Source: Fusobacteriota bacterium
GTDB taxonomy: Bacteria; Fusobacteriota; Fusobacteriia; Fusobacteriales; JBNJFI01
Direction: 5' to 3'
Length of the DNA stretch: 19,239 nucleotides
Assembly: GCA_051746725.1 (NCBI GenBank)
Contig: JBNJFI010000036.1
Coordinates: 1-19,239, forward strand
Part shown: one piece after another, positions 16,392-19,239 of the stretch
Position numbering within the stretch: the first letter of the stretch is position 1
Layout: each line of letters opens with the position of its first letter
The notes under the pieces: generated by a model
Database searches by the model: none
What the model was told of the DNA's origin: nothing
Seen by the model: only the letters and a program-made list of their open reading frames with translations
Position numbers and translations under genes: made by a program

Positions 16392-16397
16392 GTAAAG

Positions 16398-16532
16398 CCC
16401 TCATCCTAACCTTCCCCTGATAACAGGTTGTGTCACAATTAAAAATTGCCAGTAATATGTAGGGGTATCCCTGCAAAAAAACATAATTATGTCGATTTTC
16501 TGTATTACGACACAGCATGTAAGAGGAAGTGG
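16398..16532. repeat. BoxC-like palindromic intergenic repeat, interrupted by an insertion
   Basis: Pyrimidine-rich CCCTCATCCTAACCTTCCCCT (16398-16418) with partner AGAGGAAG (16522-16529). Removing the insert restores the hairpin CTTCCCCT-gata-AGAGGAAG. Only one copy is in the window. Confidence 0.45.
16424..16519. mobile_element. Putative 96-bp MITE (non-autonomous IS derivative)
   Basis: Imperfect terminal inverted repeats CAGGTTGTGTCACAAT vs CATGCTGTGTCGTAAT (reverse complement of the right end), 12/16 identical. Flanked by direct repeat TAA at 16421-16423 and 16520-16522. Confidence 0.55.
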
Positions 16533-16576
16533 TAAGCAAGAAATGTTTAAGGAGAGGAATATTATAAGGAGTAGAT

Positions 16577-17929
16577 ATGAGAATAGAAAGAGATAGTTTA
16601 GGAAAAGCAGAGTTAGAAGATAATATATATTATGGAATACATACCAAGCGGGCCTTAGAAAATTTTAAAAACTCCCAGAGGAGAGTTAATTGGAATTTAA
16701 TAAAATCTATAGTAAAGATAAAGTTAGCAGCAGTTAGGGCTAATTTTGAGGTAAAGAAAATAAATAAAGAGAAAAAAGAAGTAATAGAGAAAGCTTGTAT
16801 CGAAATATTAGAAGGGGGTTATAAAAATCAATTTCCGATATCTAGTATGCAAGGAGGAGCTGGAACTTCTACAAATATGAATGTAAATGAAGTTATAGCT
16901 AATATTGCAATTGAAAAATTAGGGGGCAAAAAAGGGGATTATGATATGATTAATCCCATAGAAGATGTAAATTTATCTCAATCAACAAATGATGTATATC
17001 CCACAGCAGTAAAAATATCGATTATCGGCCTATTAAATAATTTAGTGGATCAGGTTATGAAACTTCAATCTGAATTGCAAAAGAAAGAAGATGAATTTTC
17101 AAACGTATTTAAGATGGGGAGAACTCAATTAAAAGATGCAGTTCCAATCACTTTGGGGCAAGAATTCAGTGCTTATGCAGATGCTATATCCAGGGATAGA
17201 TGGAGATTATATAAAATAGAAGAGAGAATAAGACAAGTGAATATTGGAGGAACAGCTATAGGGACTGGTGTAGGGGCTCCACTAAAGTATCGATATCTAA
17301 TTCTTCAAGAGCTTCAAAGATTAACTGGGTTTGGATTAGCTAGAGCTGAAAATTTAATTGATAATACTCAAAATTTAGATTTATATGTGGAAGTATCGGG
17401 GCTTTTAAAATCTTTAGCTGTTAATTTAAAAAAGATTTCAAATGATTTAAGGCTTATGGACTCAGGTCCCAATACTGGATTAGGAGAGATTAATTTACCT
17501 AAAATACAGATGGGATCATCAATAATGCCTGGGAAAGTTAATCCAGTTGGACCAGAATATATGATTCAAATATGCTATAAAATTTTTGGTAATGATAGTA
17601 CAATTACTATAGCCAGTGCAAGTGGAGAATTCGAATTAAATCCTATGCATCCATTAATTGCAGAGTTGATGCTGGAAAACCTAGAAATTTTAACAGATGG
17701 AATAGAGATGTTTTCCAAAAAAGTTATAAAAGGCATAACAGTTAATGAAAAAAGATGTAGAGAGTATTTGCAAAAAAGTTGGTCGGTTAGCAGTTTTTTA
17801 TTAGAAAAAGTTGGATATGAGACTCTAACAGAAGTTCTAAAAGAAAGTCAAAAGACAGGGAAAAGTTATAAAGATATACTTGTTAGTAGAGGGTTATTGG
17901 ATAAAGAGGATCTCAAAAAAGGGGAATAA
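16577..17929 (+). CDS. aspA: Aspartate ammonia-lyase (aspartase/fumarase superfamily), hydrogenase-maturase-associated
   Basis: QGGAGTSTNMN, SQSTNDVYPT, KMGRTQLKDAVPITLGQEF, and signature GSSIMPGKVNP. RBS AAGGAG. Confidence 0.88.
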   Translation: MRIERDSLGKAELEDNIYYGIHTKRALENFKNSQRRVNWNLIKSIVKIKLAAVRANFEVKKINKEKKEVIEKACIEILEGGYKNQFPISSMQGGAGTSTNMNVNEVIANIAIEKLGGKKGDYDMINPIEDVNLSQSTNDVYPTAVKISIIGLLNNLVDQVMKLQSELQKKEDEFSNVFKMGRTQLKDAVPITLGQEFSAYADAISRDRWRLYKIEERIRQVNIGGTAIGTGVGAPLKYRYLILQELQRLTGFGLARAENLIDNTQNLDLYVEVSGLLKSLAVNLKKISNDLRLMDSGPNTGLGEINLPKIQMGSSIMPGKVNPVGPEYMIQICYKIFGNDSTITIASASGEFELNPMHPLIAELMLENLEILTDGIEMFSKKVIKGITVNEKRCREYLQKSWSVSSFLLEKVGYETLTEVLKESQKTGKSYKDILVSRGLLDKEDLKKGE

Positions 17930-17944
17930 ACGTAAAAATTTTGA

Positions 17945-17992
17945 AAATAAGAAAAAAGAGTATACCGCATGGTATACTCTTTTTTCTTATTT
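17945..17992. terminator. Bidirectional intrinsic terminator between convergent aspA and hydF
   Basis: 22-bp perfect arms AAATAAGAAAAAAGAGTATACC-gcat-GGTATACTCTTTTTTCTTATTT. The right arm overlaps the hydF stop. Confidence 0.9.
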
Positions 17993-19213
17993 AGTCCATT
18001 CATAATAGACTTCAGGGAATGGTTTTAAAGCTCGATCTAATATTCCGTGGATATAGGCTATGGTAACTCCGTAATTTATAATAGGAACGCCTTCTTCTTC
18101 ACTTGCTTCTATTCTGTTTAACATCTCTTTACGATTCAACATGCATCCAGCACAGTGAATTACAACTTTATAATCAGTTAAGTTGTCTGGATAATCTCGT
18201 CCAGAACAAAAATCAAATGTTACATCTGGCTCCAAATGTTGTCTAATCCATCTAGGTATTTTAACTCGCCCGATATCATCTGGCTGTTGATGATGAGTGC
18301 AAGATTCAGAGATAAGTATATTGTCTCCTGGTTTTAATTTTCTAAGAGCCTTAGCTCCATTTACCAGTTTCATGAGATCCCCCTTATACCTTGCAAAAAG
18401 TATGGAAAATGAAGTTAATAATATATCTTCAGGTGTATCTGCTGAAACTTTAGAAAAAGCTTGTGAATCTGTAACCACTAATTTAGGCTTTTGTTTTAAA
18501 TTATTTAAAGTCCATCGTAGTTCTTTATCTTTCGTGACATAGCTCATGGCATCATTATCTAAGATATCACGTATAGTTTGCACTTGTGGTAATATGAGTC
18601 TTCCCTTGGGCATTCCTGTATCGATGGGAACAACTAAAACGACAGTATCTCCAGGTGAAATAAGATCACCTATAATAGATGGTTGTTCAAAATACTTAGG
18701 ACTGTGCTGAATGATCATCTCTTTTAGATCCGTGATTCCTTCTTTTTTGATAGAACTAACACTAATATAGTTATACTCTTTTTCTTTAATTTCAGAAATC
18801 AATTCTTTTTTTGGGGTGAATTGGTCTTTTTTATTAATCACAATTAAAAAATCAGTATTTTTATCTTCTAAAAGAGAAATGATATCTTTGTCAAATTCCG
18901 TAATCCCGTCTTCATCGATAACTATTAGAGCAATATCAGTTTTATTTATAACTTGTAAACTTTTTTTTATTCTTAATTCTCCTAATTTACCAGTATCATC
19001 TATTCCAGCGGTATCGATTAAAACCACAGGACCAATTGGAACAATTTCCATGGCCTTGTAGACTGGATCAGTAGTTGTTCCGGCATGATCAGAAACTATT
19101 GCTAGATTTTGATTAGTTAAAGCATTTATTAATGTGGATTTTCCAACATTTCTTTTTCCAAAAAGAGAAATGTGTAGTCTATTTGCATTTGGTGTTTTGT
19201 GTAAATCTCCCAT
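17987..19213 (-). CDS. hydF: [FeFe]-hydrogenase H-cluster maturation GTPase HydF
   Basis: G1 GKRNVGKS, GTTTDPV, G3 DTAG, G4 NKKD, PKGRLILPQVQ, and Fe-S ligands ESCTHH...HCAGC. RBS AGGAGG at 19219-19224 (minus strand). Confidence 0.96.
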   Translation of the reverse strand: MGDLHKTPNANRLHISLFGKRNVGKSTLINALTNQNLAIVSDHAGTTTDPVYKAMEIVPIGPVVLIDTAGIDDTGKLGELRIKKSLQVINKTDIALIVIDEDGITEFDKDIISLLEDKNTDFLIVINKKDQFTPKKELISEIKEKEYNYISVSSIKKEGITDLKEMIIQHSPKYFEQPSIIGDLISPGDTVVLVVPIDTGMPKGRLILPQVQTIRDILDNDAMSYVTKDKELRWTLNNLKQKPKLVVTDSQAFSKVSADTPEDILLTSFSILFARYKGDLMKLVNGAKALRKLKPGDNILISESCTHHQQPDDIGRVKIPRWIRQHLEPDVTFDFCSGRDYPDNLTDYKVVIHCAGCMLNRKEMLNRIEASEEEGVPIINYGVTIAYIHGILDRALKPFPEVYYEWTK

Positions 19214-19239
19214 AGGTTCCTCCTAAAAATATGATATTA

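Noticed and set aside
16428..16438. TTGTGTCACAA as a Rex operator
   Set aside because: Rex boxes have TTGTG and CACAA half-sites separated by 8 bp; here the gap is 1 bp and the word lies within the MITE end.
16204..16539. 111-aa minus-strand ORF
   Set aside because: It spans the terminator and MITE and is antisense to an A-rich ORF. The Phe/Leu run is a shadow of poly-A codons.
16393..16545. 6S RNA or SAM riboswitch upstream of aspA
   Set aside because: There is no two-sided central bubble and no SAM-I core. TIRs plus the TAA duplication and a restorable empty site explain the structure better.
199..19061. Other short ORFs antisense to the main genes (e.g. 199-420, 4587-4889, 7493-7852, 9348-9671, 11387-11578, 18297-18542)
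   Set aside because: They overlap well-supported genes on the opposite strand, have Ser/Phe/Leu/Ile-rich shadow composition, and show no recognisable motifs.
1..19239. CRISPR array, tRNA, rRNA or transposase
   Set aside because: I saw no regularly spaced repeats, cloverleaf or rRNA-like GC-rich tracts, or transposase motifs. All intergenic gaps are under 300 bp.

Overview
AT-rich DNA from an anaerobic bacterium. The RuvC C-terminal tail and overall protein style suggest Fusobacteriota (recalled resemblance, not a search). There are three parts. (1) 1-7233: a tightly coupled four-gene accessory operon with two paralogous lipase-like (alpha/beta-hydrolase) proteins whose G-x-S-x-G nucleophile Ser is replaced. 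The second is fused N-terminally to an apparently complete VgrG/gp27-gp5-type spike. No tube, sheath, baseplate or PAAR gene is visible in the window. (2) 7389-14258: housekeeping and regulatory genes (MCP chemoreceptor, ArsR-trxB, a short RpoD-like sigma factor, ruvC, DUF1893, trmL, lytic transglycosylase). (3) 14283-19213: an [FeFe]-hydrogenase maturation cluster (TM1266-family regulator, hydG, small unknown ORF, aspartate ammonia-lyase, convergent hydF). It includes a G-U-rich structured leader before hydG and a ~96-bp MITE-like element with a TAA target duplication inside a palindromic repeat before aspA. All family assignments come from motif recognition by eye; no database searches were run.
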